Shown here piece by piece: positions 1 to 7,819 of a DNA stretch of 17,071 nt (the first letter of the stretch is position 1; each line of letters opens with the position of its first letter). The translations under genes and the position numbers were made by a program. The stretch covers positions 1 through 17,071 of the forward strand of contig CAXTTL010000095.1 of the NCBI GenBank assembly GCA_964247135.1. Direction: 5' to 3'. This stretch comes from an uncultured Deinococcales bacterium. Its GTDB lineage: Bacteria > Deinococcota > Deinococci > Deinococcales > JAAFIG01. Under the pieces are notes generated by a model. The model was not told the origin of the DNA, ran no database searches, and saw only the letters and a program-made list of their open reading frames with translations.

Positions 1-323
1 AACCCGCCCCTTGGAGCGCCGAGGAGTCTCGAGCGCACGATCAAAAAGTCGTCGGCGAAACCGATCAAGCCCATGCCGAGGCTCATCAGGTACGCTGCCC
101 AGCCTTTGCGGTCGGTGTAGCCCGCCAAACCAATCATCACCAGCCAGACCAGAAAGATCACGATTGAAAATGGGACACCGCCCATTGTGGGCGTACCATC
201 TTTTGATAGGTGCGTGGCGGGACCATCGCGGCGCACGGTTTGCCCCCAACCACGGCTTTTGGCGATGCCGACAAAACTGCCGACCGCAAACCAACTGAGC
301 ACGGTGGCAATCACCACGCTCAT
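1..323 (-). CDS. mraY: Phospho-N-acetylmuramoyl-pentapeptide transferase MraY, 5' part (runs off the window; not in the ORF track)
   Basis: Hand translation from ATG at 323: MSVVIATVLSWFAVGSFVGIAKSRGWGQTVRRDGPATHLSKDGTPTMGG...GLIGFADD. It has the MraY GPxxHxxKxGTPTMGG and GxxDD motifs and an ATGA overlap with the murF stop. Confidence 0.96.
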   Translation of the reverse strand, partial: MSVVIATVLSWFAVGSFVGIAKSRGWGQTVRRDGPATHLSKDGTPTMGGVPFSIVIFLVWLVMIGLAGYTDRKGWAAYLMSLGMGLIGFADDFLIVRSRLLGAPRGG

Positions 324-1633
324 GGCTGTACCTCGCCGTTGAGGGTACGGATCGCATCAACAATCAATTTCATGTTGACCGACAGCGAGCCTTTGACCAG
401 CACCGTATCACCTGGTTTGAGGTGCGTTTCAATCTCGAGCGTGGCGACTTGCGAGTTTGGGTACGACGTTGAGATTGTGCCCGAACCTCGAGCCGCATCG
501 GCAATATCGTCGCCGTACACGCCAACACCGATCACCAGTTTGGCAATTTTCCCCGCTCGGGCGCCAATTTGGGCGTGAAGTTCTGGCGAGGTTTCACCCA
601 GTTCGCGCATGTCTCCCAAGATTGCCACCTTGCGTCCCGTTTGACGCTCGAGCGTGTCGAGGCTGGCGTTGACACTTAATGGGTTGGCGTTGTACGAATC
701 GTCGATCAATTTAAATTGCAGTCCGTGTTCGACGCGCATTCTCGCGCCAGGCACTTCAACGGTTTGGACTCGAGCGATTGCATCGGGCAGATCGAGATGA
801 TACTGACCAGCGATGGCGAGAGCACCCAACGCGGCTTCGGCGACCTTTTGGGACGGGTTGGGAATGGTGACTGGTAAACCTTGAAACGAAAAACGGACGC
901 TGGATTCCTCGAGTTTTAAATCCGTGCCTTGAAAAGTTGCGCCAGCTTCAAAACCGTAACTCGGTACGTCTGGATACAGGTGCGCACAAGAGGTTGAAAC
1001 CAAGCCATTTCGCCCCTCGAGAATCCTGCCTTTTTCAAACGCAATTTGTTCCAAGCTGCCAAAAAACTCGAGGTGCGCCGCGCCGACACTGGTAATCACG
1101 CCCAAATCGGGTGCGGTCAGGTTGACAAGTTCATCCATCTCCCCGATTCGGTCAATGCCAAGCTCGAGCACGTGTTTGGAGTCTCGGTTGACGCTCGAAA
1201 GCAGGTAACAGGCAATGGCGTTCAAGGTGTTGTAATAATTGCTCGGGCAATTGAGCGCCGCCGCCAAGTACGAACGCATGGTGGTTTTGCCAGCCGAACC
1301 GGTCACGCCAATGATCGTTGCGCCGCACTCGAGCCGCCAAGCTTTTGCCCAAGCCCGCAACGCGGCGGTGGCATCCGAAACCCGCACGGCTCGAGGAACA
1401 TCGAGGTCGGTCAGCACAAACGGCGCACCAGCCTCGAGCGCCGACTGAACATAATTATTGCCATGTTCCGCCTCGCCAGCCAACGCCGCGAACGCCGTGA
1501 ATTCATTGACTTTGCGCGAATCCCAAGTGATTGCCGTGGCGGCTCGAGCATCGGCATGAACAACCACGCCAAAAGCCTCGAGCGCTGCAATCCAGTCTCG
1601 AGGCTCCAGTGGGTTGAGTTTTGATTCGATCAT
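320..1633 (-). CDS. murF: UDP-N-acetylmuramoyl-tripeptide--D-Ala-D-Ala ligase MurF
   Basis: GVTGSAGKTT P-loop, ELG, DDSYNANP, LGDMRELG and VLVKGS motifs; lies directly upstream of mraY. Confidence 0.95.
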   Translation of the reverse strand: MIESKLNPLEPRDWIAALEAFGVVVHADARAATAITWDSRKVNEFTAFAALAGEAEHGNNYVQSALEAGAPFVLTDLDVPRAVRVSDATAALRAWAKAWRLECGATIIGVTGSAGKTTMRSYLAAALNCPSNYYNTLNAIACYLLSSVNRDSKHVLELGIDRIGEMDELVNLTAPDLGVITSVGAAHLEFFGSLEQIAFEKGRILEGRNGLVSTSCAHLYPDVPSYGFEAGATFQGTDLKLEESSVRFSFQGLPVTIPNPSQKVAEAALGALAIAGQYHLDLPDAIARVQTVEVPGARMRVEHGLQFKLIDDSYNANPLSVNASLDTLERQTGRKVAILGDMRELGETSPELHAQIGARAGKIAKLVIGVGVYGDDIADAARGSGTISTSYPNSQVATLEIETHLKPGDTVLVKGSLSVNMKLIVDAIRTLNGEVQP

Positions 1634-1670
1634 GCCAGACCTCGGGTGTGACGAAGAATTAATACAGATA

Positions 1671-1697
1671 TGAGTAAGTTGAGTGAGGTGAGTAAAG
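1671..1697. repeat. Three imperfect 9-bp tandem units between ftsI and murF
   Basis: tgagtaagt / tgagtgagg / tgagtaaag at 1671, 1680 and 1689. Confidence 0.55.
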
Positions 1698-1771
1698 AAC
1701 GCATCAGGTCAATGTACCAGATTTAGAGTGACAAGCATTGATGCCAGAAATCAAAAATTGCTGACTCGCAA

Positions 1772-1795
1772 GGGCGCAGCAAGCAGCGCCCCTAC
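1772..1795 (-). repeat. GTAG-type REP (repetitive extragenic palindrome)
   Basis: Minus strand reads GTAG-GGGCGC-TGCTTGCT-GCGCCC, a GTAG tetranucleotide plus GC-rich hairpin, 3 nt after the ftsI stop. Confidence 0.75.
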
Positions 1796-1798
1796 GTT

Positions 1799-3289
1799 TT
1801 ATCGGGTACGGTGCGTGATTTTGTACATCGACGCTTTCAAACTCGCTTCTGTCGGCGTCATCTGCCAATAACTGGTTAATTCTCGGGTGATATCGGTAAA
1901 GGCGGGCAAACTGACTTGAGAACCGTGATGCAATTTTCTGGGGTGAAACACCTCAACCAGCATCGTGACTTTGGGCTGGTCAACTGGGAAAAACCCTGCG
2001 AACAACGCACCATAAACGTCGCTCGAGATTCGATGGTTTTTCGTCCAGGTTTGTGCCGTGCCAGTTTTTCCACCGAGCGGAAACCCTGGCACGATGCCAA
2101 ATTTCAAGCCGTCCTCAACCGAAGCTTGCAGCATGTCTCGGGTTTGCTTGGCGGCGCCGCTCGAGACGACACGGTACGGTGGTTGGACTTTTTGCCCCGC
2201 CATGAGCGTGGGGGTAATTAATATTCCGTCATTGACCAAAACGCTGTAGGCGGTTGCCAAATGCAGCGCGGTGGTGCTGACACCCTGTCCGAAACTGTAA
2301 TTGGCATGGTCGATGGGTCGCCAGGCTTTCCAATCGTGCAAAACTCCAGGTGTTCCCCAATTGGTCGAAGCCCAAACCTCTTGCCCAAAGCCGTACTTGT
2401 GCAAATAACCGTACAATTTTTCGCTCGAGAGGCATTCGGAGAGTTTGCTGATGCCGACGTTGCTCGAGAAACGCAGCACATCTTTTAAGGTCAAATCGGA
2501 TCGGTGTTGAATCGCATCACCGATGGTGATGCCCGAGATGGTGCGGTGCATTGGCGCGTACACGGCGGTGTCTGGCGTGGCACAACCCGAATCGATCAGG
2601 GCGGCGGCAACCAGTCCTTTCATGGTCGAACCCGGGTCCATGTAATCGCGCAGGGCGCGGTTGCTCCAATTGCTTTTGTTTTGCACGCTACGCCAGTGGT
2701 TCGGGTCAAAATTGGGGTAATTTGCCATCGCCAAAATGCGGTTGGTCTTCGCCTCCAAAATCACGGCTGTACCCGTATCGCCCTGTTCGCTGCGAATCGC
2801 TTTCTCGAGCGCCGCCTCCGCCATCGCCTGAATGACGGGGTCTATGGTGAGCACCACGTCTTTGCCCGCCAACAATTGATCGTGGGCGAACAGTTCGATG
2901 CCGTACAAACCCTTGTCCTGATCGCCAGTAAAACCGATCAACCTCGAGCCTAGCTGATTTTGCGGGTAAGAGCGTTTTGTTTCAAAAACGGTTTCGGTTT
3001 TGGGCTTGCCGTTCCTGTCGAGCATGACTTGCCCTTGGTCGTTGGTCAGTTCGCGCGCTGAGGTCACGACATAACTTTCGGCAAGCACGGTTTTTTCGCC
3101 GCCCACGCTGCTCGAGCTTAAAATTTTGCCGCGCATGATGGTTGGCGTGTCTTCTGGCACAAATGGAATGCCCGCCGAGCGCTGGGCAAAAAATACCGAC
3201 CAGACCGCCAGCATCGGTGCGAGCACCACGCCGACCACGATCACCCGTTTGGAAACTTGAGATGGAGTTTGGAATTCGTTTAACGCCAC
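1799..3289 (-). CDS. ftsI: Class B penicillin-binding protein (FtsI/PBP3)
   Basis: N-terminal TM helix, RGKI and RSYPQ pedestal motifs, ILAMANYPNFDPN, SxxK (GSTMK), SxN (SSN), KTG (GKTGT), dcw position. Confidence 0.93.
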   Translation of the reverse strand: MALNEFQTPSQVSKRVIVVGVVLAPMLAVWSVFFAQRSAGIPFVPEDTPTIMRGKILSSSSVGGEKTVLAESYVVTSARELTNDQGQVMLDRNGKPKTETVFETKRSYPQNQLGSRLIGFTGDQDKGLYGIELFAHDQLLAGKDVVLTIDPVIQAMAEAALEKAIRSEQGDTGTAVILEAKTNRILAMANYPNFDPNHWRSVQNKSNWSNRALRDYMDPGSTMKGLVAAALIDSGCATPDTAVYAPMHRTISGITIGDAIQHRSDLTLKDVLRFSSNVGISKLSECLSSEKLYGYLHKYGFGQEVWASTNWGTPGVLHDWKAWRPIDHANYSFGQGVSTTALHLATAYSVLVNDGILITPTLMAGQKVQPPYRVVSSGAAKQTRDMLQASVEDGLKFGIVPGFPLGGKTGTAQTWTKNHRISSDVYGALFAGFFPVDQPKVTMLVEVFHPRKLHHGSQVSLPAFTDITRELTSYWQMTPTEASLKASMYKITHRTR

Positions 3290-3708
3290 TGTGTTTCCAC
3301 CTTGACCTTCTGCGCGGGTTTGGGCAAATCCTGGACTGCCGCTAACGGCTCGAGTTGTTTAAAATCGAAATTGCCGCTGCTGTACGGAACCATGTCGTGA
3401 GCCACCGCCCAAGCGCGAACCCGTGCGGGGGACTCGAGGCTGGAAATATCGCGGCGAAGCTGCGCACTTTCGCGCTCGAGTTGGCTGGCTTGGTCTTGCA
3501 AATCACCGAGTTGACGTGCGTGGCTGGCGGTCAAAAACCGCACTCCTGTCAAGGCGATCAGCAATGCCACGTAATAAAACGAGTAACGAATCACCCGTTC
3601 TTTCATCAAGCGCGTTTGAGGCGATTGAAGCTGTTTTGGCGCAGTTTTTGATGAAACTCGAGATTCAGTTTTGACTTCGGGTCGGCTGGTTTCGGCAATT
3701 AAACTCAT
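3280..3708 (-). CDS. ftsL: Cell division protein FtsL-like
   Basis: Single TM segment, heptad coiled coil and LESPARVRAWA...MVP; sits between rsmH and ftsI and overlaps both. Confidence 0.75.
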   Translation of the reverse strand: MSLIAETSRPEVKTESRVSSKTAPKQLQSPQTRLMKERVIRYSFYYVALLIALTGVRFLTASHARQLGDLQDQASQLERESAQLRRDISSLESPARVRAWAVAHDMVPYSSGNFDFKQLEPLAAVQDLPKPAQKVKVETQWR

Positions 3709-4586
3709 ACGATCACCTCGAGCTTCTGGACACTTAATTTTTTTCCGACGCGAAGTTTGGCGCTTCTGGCTCGAGGATTGTCTATGGTTTCCGCTTCACT
3801 TGCTTCGATGGGGCGTTTGGTTAATGCCTCGAAATCGCCGCTGTCACGCAAGAAATGCTTGACAATCCGGTCTTCCAGCGAGTGAAAACTGATGACCGCC
3901 AAACGCCCATCGGGATTTAAAACATTTGACGCCGCCTTCAAACCAGCCTCGAGCGCCCCAAGTTCGTCGTTGACGTAAATTCTTAACGCCTGAAACGTTC
4001 GCCTTGCTGGATGGATTCCGCGAGCATGACCGCCTGGATAGGCGCGTTTGATGATCTCGGCAAGCTGCTTGGTGCTTTCTATTGGGGCTTTGTCACGGGC
4101 TTCGGAAATCCCACGCGCGATGCGCCTCGAGTGGCGTTCTTCGCCGAACTCGTAAATGATTCTGGCTAAATCTTCAAACACCATGTCGTTCACCACCTCA
4201 TAAGCACTTTCGCCAGCCTGGGACATGCGCATGTCGAGTGCGGCATCGGTGTGAAACGAAAAGCCACGGTCTTGGTCGTCGAGCTGAAAACTCGAGACGC
4301 CCAAATCCATGAGAACCCCATCAACTTTGCGACCGTCCAGCAGTTGCTCGAGGTCACGAAAATTGCCTTCGATCACCTCGAGATTGGGCAAATTCGCATT
4401 TCTGGCTCGCTCGAGGGCAAACGGGTCTTGATCCAGACCAATGACGTTCGCGCCGCGCTCGAGCAGCAATCGCGTGTGACCCGCGCCGCCGAGCGTGGCA
4501 TCCAAAATCGTTTTGCCAGGTGCGGGTTGCAAGCCATCCAGAACCTCGAGCGGCAACACTGGCGCGTGTGACAGTTCCACAATCAT
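3705..4586 (-). CDS. rsmH: 16S rRNA m4C1402 methyltransferase RsmH (MraW)
   Basis: HAPVL, DATLGGAGHT, DLGVSSFQLD, RGFSF, LDMRM, FQALRIYVNDEL, ISFHSLEDRIVK and NPRARSAKLR motifs. Start reassigned to ATG 4586, which gives an ATGA overlap with the mraZ stop. Confidence 0.97.
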   Translation of the reverse strand: MIVELSHAPVLPLEVLDGLQPAPGKTILDATLGGAGHTRLLLERGANVIGLDQDPFALERARNANLPNLEVIEGNFRDLEQLLDGRKVDGVLMDLGVSSFQLDDQDRGFSFHTDAALDMRMSQAGESAYEVVNDMVFEDLARIIYEFGEERHSRRIARGISEARDKAPIESTKQLAEIIKRAYPGGHARGIHPARRTFQALRIYVNDELGALEAGLKAASNVLNPDGRLAVISFHSLEDRIVKHFLRDSGDFEALTKRPIEASEAETIDNPRARSAKLRVGKKLSVQKLEVIV

Positions 4587-5023
4587 CCGACCAGCCTCCG
4601 CAGTGGCTCTGGCAGCGTGTCCTGGGCTGGTGGCATGGCTTGAATCTCGGCGATGCTGGCGGTCCAACGGTCGGTGTTCCAAATCTCGAGCCGTTTTGGT
4701 GCGCCCGCGATCATCACCTCAGACTCGAGGTTGGCGAAGGTGCGCAGGGTGTTTGGCACGCTGGCGCGACCTTGGTTGTCAAGGCGCACTTTGCTGGCGC
4801 CCGAGTAGAAAAAACGCACCCAGGCTCGACCAGAATTGTCATTTAACGGCAGGTCGATCAATGCCTCTTCGATTCGTTTCCATTCGGCGCTGGGGAACAC
4901 GTACAAGCAACCTTCCATGCCTCGAGTCAAGACCATGCCATCATCGAGAAAGTCACGAAAGGCAGGTGGAATGACCACCCGTCCTTTGTCATCGATTGTG
5001 TAAGGGTACTCTCCGAACGGCAT
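4583..5023 (-). CDS. mraZ: Division/cell wall cluster transcriptional repressor MraZ
   Basis: Two SpoVT-AbrB repeats (IDDKGRVVIP, LDNQGRASVP), GCLYVFP and RLEIW; first gene of the dcw cluster. Confidence 0.96.
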   Translation of the reverse strand: MPFGEYPYTIDDKGRVVIPPAFRDFLDDGMVLTRGMEGCLYVFPSAEWKRIEEALIDLPLNDNSGRAWVRFFYSGASKVRLDNQGRASVPNTLRTFANLESEVMIAGAPKRLEIWNTDRWTASIAEIQAMPPAQDTLPEPLRRLVG

Positions 5024-5110
5024 TTCCCACTCGCTCCCACCCGACTCATGGTGTTTTCATTCACCAATTTGGGTTTCAAGCCCACACCAAGGGCGTTTTT
5101 GATACGGGAC

Positions 5111-5161
5111 ACTTTAGCACGGTATCCCCACTTTTTACCACCCATCCCCACTTTTTCCCCC
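5111..5161 (-). promoter_or_regulatory. dcw promoter: extended -10 plus MraZ-binding GTGG repeats
   Basis: Minus strand has GTGG at an exact 10-bp period (5151-5148, 5141-5138, 5131-5128, degenerate GGGG at 5161-5158), followed by TGcTAAAGT (5119-5111). This matches the known MraZ direct-repeat operator layout. Confidence 0.85.
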
Positions 5162-5290
5162 AAAATCTGGCAGTAAGAATGTTGCAGCCCCACCAACCGG
5201 CTTGAGGCTGGAGACTTCAAAACCTTTAAAAATACACTTCGTAAATTGAAGTAATAAGGCAATCACGACAATTCGTTCAAACTCGAGGCG

Positions 5291-5767
5291 TCACAAGTCA
5301 AAACGATACGAGATTTCGGTCAGGGCGCTGTGGTTCACCATCTCCACCTTGCGCCCCTCGAGCTTGCCACCCAAGTGCACGTAAAAGCTGCAACTTGGGT
5401 TTCCCTCGAGCACCCACAACACCAAAGACGGCAATTGTTTGGCTTTGGCGGCATCAATCGCGGCATTCCACAAGGCTTGTCCGAGCTTTAAACCTTGAAA
5501 TGATTTCAAAACATAAATCGTGAACAACTCGGCTTCGGTTTCGCGCCATCCCAGACTGCAAAAACCGACCACCGCGCCATCAGATTCAACCACAAACACC
5601 ACCATGCTCGAGCTTGAAAGCGTGCGCTGCCACTGCGCCTCACGCGCCCCGAGTGAAAACGAGTTGATGACCTCCAAGGGCATCAAACCCGAATAGGTCT
5701 CGAGCCAAGATTGCACATGAACCCTGGCGAGGCTGGGAATGTCGGAATGGCGTGCAGAACGAACCAT
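5291..5767 (-). CDS. GNAT family N-acetyltransferase
   Basis: VRSARHSDIPSLARVHVQSWLETYSG, VVGF, ELFTIYVLKSFQGLKLGQAL (motif A) and LWVLEGNPSCSFY. Start ATG 5767 chosen because TGtTAAACT (5781-5773) lies 5 nt upstream. Confidence 0.9.
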   Translation of the reverse strand: MVRSARHSDIPSLARVHVQSWLETYSGLMPLEVINSFSLGAREAQWQRTLSSSSMVVFVVESDGAVVGFCSLGWRETEAELFTIYVLKSFQGLKLGQALWNAAIDAAKAKQLPSLVLWVLEGNPSCSFYVHLGGKLEGRKVEMVNHSALTEISYRFDL

Positions 5768-5861
5768 AACGCAGTTTAACAACAAGCCATAAAAAGCAAT
5801 AAGCCATTTGATTCAGCACCGCCTAAGCGTATCGGCAAATGCGCAACTGACAAAGAAAACC

Positions 5862-5867
5862 TAAACT
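5862..5867 (+). promoter_or_regulatory. Putative -10 box (TAAACT) for the small-protein transcript
   Basis: TAnnnT 6 nt before ATG 5874, the same geometry as other leaderless starts in the window. Confidence 0.55.
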
Positions 5868-5993
5868 AAACCCATGAAAGGAGGTCGTGTTGAAAACCTC
5901 TTAACGCGCCCTCGGGTTTTGATCAACGGACACTCGAGCGCACCCAACAGACCACCAAACCCAAAGCCTTCGCTGAGTACCAAGGAGACCACC

Positions 5994-6149
5994 ATGTCCG
6001 CTGAACTTTATTTTGCCAAAGAACGCATTCAAAACATGCAAAGCCAAGCCCAAGTCGCCCGCGAGATTCGTGCCGCACAAAACCCAATCGCTCGGGTTTT
6101 CAAATTCAAGCTTCCACGCTTTTTCAAACTTTCCCGCAAACCCGCTTAA
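5994..6149 (+). CDS. Small hypothetical protein, 51 aa (possibly 91 aa from the in-frame leaderless ATG 5874)
   Basis: AAGGAG (5982-5987) 6 nt before the ATG; helical N-half and basic/aromatic C-half; followed by an intrinsic terminator. Confidence 0.75.
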   Translation: MSAELYFAKERIQNMQSQAQVAREIRAAQNPIARVFKFKLPRFFKLSRKPA

Positions 6150-6227
6150 CCCGACCCACCACTCGCTTTGGCTCGAGTCGATGCGGACTCCTCCCTGCCG
6201 TTCACTCTGGAAGCCGAAGCTTTTTCC

Positions 6228-6257
6228 ACCCGCCCTTTGATTCAGGGCGGGTTTTTT
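6228..6257 (+). terminator. Rho-independent terminator
   Basis: ACCCGCCCT-ttgattc-AGGGCGGGT perfect 9-bp stem followed by a T tract. Confidence 0.9.
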
Positions 6258-6318
6258 GTGGGTCGAGAATTGCAAAAACAATGTGATTCTCGAGTTTTCC
6301 GAATTGGTTCATTTTAAA

Positions 6319-7212
6319 TTACGGAACTGCGTTGAAACATTCCTGACTTAAACCTTCATTCACCGTTTCAAGTAGTTCATGCGTGAAATCCCTTTGACAA
6401 AGAATATCCTGGCTCGGAGAATTGATACCCACGTCAAGCATAAATTCACAATAATGACCAACAGCACGCCTTTGTGCAGAATTCAAATCAATTCCAAAGA
6501 TCGTCACTGGATTACCGCCCAAAATCCTCAAAACAGTTTCCTCGGCAAGACCAGAATCAAAAGGTTTTCTTCGCAAAGAATTTCGCATAAAAGCTGGAAT
6601 GAGATAACGAAATCCGATTGGGTCAATACCCAACAACACAAAGTAATAACCCGTTTCTCCAAAAAGCTCGTCGGTTAGGTCTTGCCATCGTTCAACATCC
6701 TGAGATCGAGCCTCTAAAATGCGTTGTTCTCTTTCCGCATTGTCCCTGTATGGCAAATCAAGTTCCCAAGCTTCACGCAAACCTATTCCATCGCCTTTTT
6801 CAACTTCAGCAAACGCAGTTTCAATTTCAGCAATCAATTCGGATTTGCGCCGTTCGAGGTCAGGTTCATCCACATCAACACAATCGGTAGGAATCCAACC
6901 CGATTCACCTCGAGCATTCAAGCACCACCAGCCGTTGTTAGAATTCCCAAAACCCTCGAGTTTTTCACCAACTTCTAGCGTCAATTGTCGTGAATTGAAT
7001 TTATGAGCAACAATCGCTTCATTCCCTTCAAACTTCTGAAATATGCGATGGGATGCCCAACAAGTACGTCCATCGGGTAAAGTGCAAAACACATTGCCCA
7101 TCCAATTCCAATTTCTTCCCTCATCAACCTGAACTTGAACCACATCACCAACCGACAAAATGACAGCATTTTTGGATTCTCGAGCGTGGGGTTTTACGGC
7201 GAAGAGTTTCAT
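6319..7212 (-). CDS. Tandem SH3-like domains fused to a DUF6714-like domain
   Basis: N-half has two SH3-type units (LSVGDVVQV...FCTLPDGRTCW and QLTLEVGEKL...GWWCLNARGESGWIP). C-half IAEIETAFAEV..GDGIGLREA...WQDL...DPIGFRYLIPAFM resembles DUF6714 from memory. Confidence 0.65.
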   Translation of the reverse strand: MKLFAVKPHARESKNAVILSVGDVVQVQVDEGRNWNWMGNVFCTLPDGRTCWASHRIFQKFEGNEAIVAHKFNSRQLTLEVGEKLEGFGNSNNGWWCLNARGESGWIPTDCVDVDEPDLERRKSELIAEIETAFAEVEKGDGIGLREAWELDLPYRDNAEREQRILEARSQDVERWQDLTDELFGETGYYFVLLGIDPIGFRYLIPAFMRNSLRRKPFDSGLAEETVLRILGGNPVTIFGIDLNSAQRRAVGHYCEFMLDVGINSPSQDILCQRDFTHELLETVNEGLSQECFNAVP

Positions 7213-7324
7213 AAATCATGGTCAACTATGACCCACACCCATAACTTGGTCAAGTCAATGAAAACAATTTTGTTGAAACTCGAGTCATTGTTCCAACGTT
7301 CAAAACTTCTTTCGTTGCAGAGAC

Positions 7325-7330
7325 TATAAT
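7325..7330 (+). promoter_or_regulatory. -10 box TATAAT, leaderless luxS promoter
   Basis: Perfect TATAAT 6 nt before ATG 7337; no SD present. Confidence 0.75.
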
Positions 7331-7336
7331 CAAGTC

Positions 7337-7819
7337 ATGGCAAAAGTAGAATCTTTCAATCTCGATCACACCAAAGTCCGCGCCCCTTACGTGCGCGTGG
7401 CGGGCAGACACCTCACGCCGAGCGGCGACACGATCACCAAATTCGATTTGCGGCTGGCGCAACCCAACCAAGAATTTCTGGGCACTGGCACCATGCACAC
7501 GCTCGAGCATCTGCTGGCGGGAAACTTGCGCGATCATTTGACGGGGATCATTGACATTTCGCCAATGGGTTGCCGCACTGGGTTTTACATGGTCATGGAC
7601 GGCGATCAAAACGTAGAGACGGTGCGGCTGGCACTCGAGAAAACCCTGGCGTTCGTGCGCGATTTTGACCAAGCAATTCCTGGGGTGTCCGAACTCGAGT
7701 GTGGCAATTACCGCGATCACAATTTGCAAAATGCCAAGGACTGGGCAAAAAAAGTGCTTGAGCAAGGCTTGATCGTGCAAGAAACCGTGCGGATTCCGGA
7801 TGGAGTCTCGAGCCAATGA
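7337..7819 (+). CDS. luxS: S-ribosylhomocysteine lyase LuxS (AI-2 synthase)
   Basis: VESFNLDHTKV, FDLRLAQPN, HTLEH, DISPMGCRTGFY and CGNY motifs. Confidence 0.98.
   Translation: MAKVESFNLDHTKVRAPYVRVAGRHLTPSGDTITKFDLRLAQPNQEFLGTGTMHTLEHLLAGNLRDHLTGIIDISPMGCRTGFYMVMDGDQNVETVRLALEKTLAFVRDFDQAIPGVSELECGNYRDHNLQNAKDWAKKVLEQGLIVQETVRIPDGVSSQ

Noticed and set aside
1046-1624. 192-aa plus-strand ORF and similar shadow ORFs over the dcw genes
   Set aside because: Antisense to motif-rich essential genes; no recognisable features.
1634-1798. murE pseudogene or CRISPR-like array in the ftsI-murF gap
   Set aside because: No Mur-ligase remnant visible; the repeats are 9 bp, contiguous and have no spacers.
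4587-4682. 32-aa N-terminal extension of RsmH in the ORF track
   Set aside because: It lies inside mraZ; ATG 4586 gives a normal N-terminus and an ATGA overlap.
5784-5807. AAGC(C/A)AT heptamer three times upstream of the GNAT gene
   Set aside because: Irregular spacing (10 then 7 bp) in AT-rich DNA; too weak to call an operator.
5994-6149. Classical type I toxin or DUF1127 protein
   Set aside because: No hydrophobic TM helix, no DUF1127 LxDIG motif, and no evident antisense promoter/terminator pair.
6295-6908. CTCGAG-free gap as proof of recent horizontal transfer
   Set aside because: A gap of about 600 bp is expected by chance with ~120 sites in 17 kb, and a similar gap exists at 9749-10366.
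7250-7816. 188-aa minus-strand ORF
   Set aside because: Shadow of luxS.
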